Assembly: GCA_964016885.1 (NCBI GenBank)
Contig: OZ024743.1
Location: 285,138,001-285,202,000 of the forward strand
Length of the DNA: 64,000 nt
From: Eledone cirrhosa
Lineage: Eukaryota
Direction of reading: 5' to 3'
Made by a program: the position numbers and the translations under genes. The notes below the pieces were generated by a model. It was given only the letters and a program-made list of their open reading frames with translations, ran no database searches and was not told the origin of the DNA. Below, in pieces: positions 63,641 through 64,000 of the stretch (positions within the stretch are counted from its first letter, which is position 1; each line of letters starts with the position of its first letter).

Positions 63641-64000
63641 ATACCTAGAAAATTGATCGGAATGATTAAAGAGAGAATTAAAAGTTTCTCTCGAATATAG
63701 ATTGTCCCATACTTTCTGCTTCCGTCTATTTTCATCAGTAACGGGAATTGACAAACCCAATTCTTTCCACTGTAGTAAAGTTTCATCCAAGAACGACAAC
63801 AAAATGATTTCGGTTTCCTATTTTATTGAATTCTGTATGTTCTCAAGAAAACATATTGTCGGATTTTAAATTATTATCTCTTCCTCTCCATATATAAAGT
63901 AAACAAACAACAGCATATAAAGTGTCATGTTTTCTTTCTTATTTATCCGGTGTAGTGCGTATATTGTACCACACTTATGGATATACATGAGTGATGCATA

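Noticed and set aside
63700-63750. Minus-strand CTGATGA..GAAA
   Set aside because: No stem II pairing.

Overview
Eukaryotic, AT-rich, very repeat-dense DNA. The SINE/LINE repertoire resembles that of octopod cephalopods, which is an inference. One host gene is well supported: mitochondrial 2-amino-3-ketobutyrate CoA ligase (GCAT/kbl) on the minus strand, with 11 phase-consistent GT-AG coding exons from 58630 to the TAG at 39807. Its first exon is unresolved, and a candidate promoter lies near 60900. The rest is mobile DNA: five near-identical 5'-truncated RTE LINEs whose RT carries an inserted PHD-type finger, CR1-type LINEs, a second RTE-group LINE, a full-length decayed Gypsy LTR element (Mag-like) inside a GCAT intron with a nested RTE, many tRNA-derived SINEs, MITEs, a Tc1/mariner remnant, a non-autonomous Helitron, a CRE-like remnant and microsatellites. 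Most notable: (1) the Gypsy has no tRNA primer-binding site but a perfect 12-nt complement to its own LTR, suggesting Tf1-like self-priming; (2) the PHD finger inside the RTE RT; (3) minimal hammerhead-ribozyme motifs; (4) inverted RTE copies bracketing an in-frame 597-nt GCAT exon block; (5) many long local palindromes and microhomology or (TA)n junctions. All calls were made by eye, and repeat boundaries are approximate.
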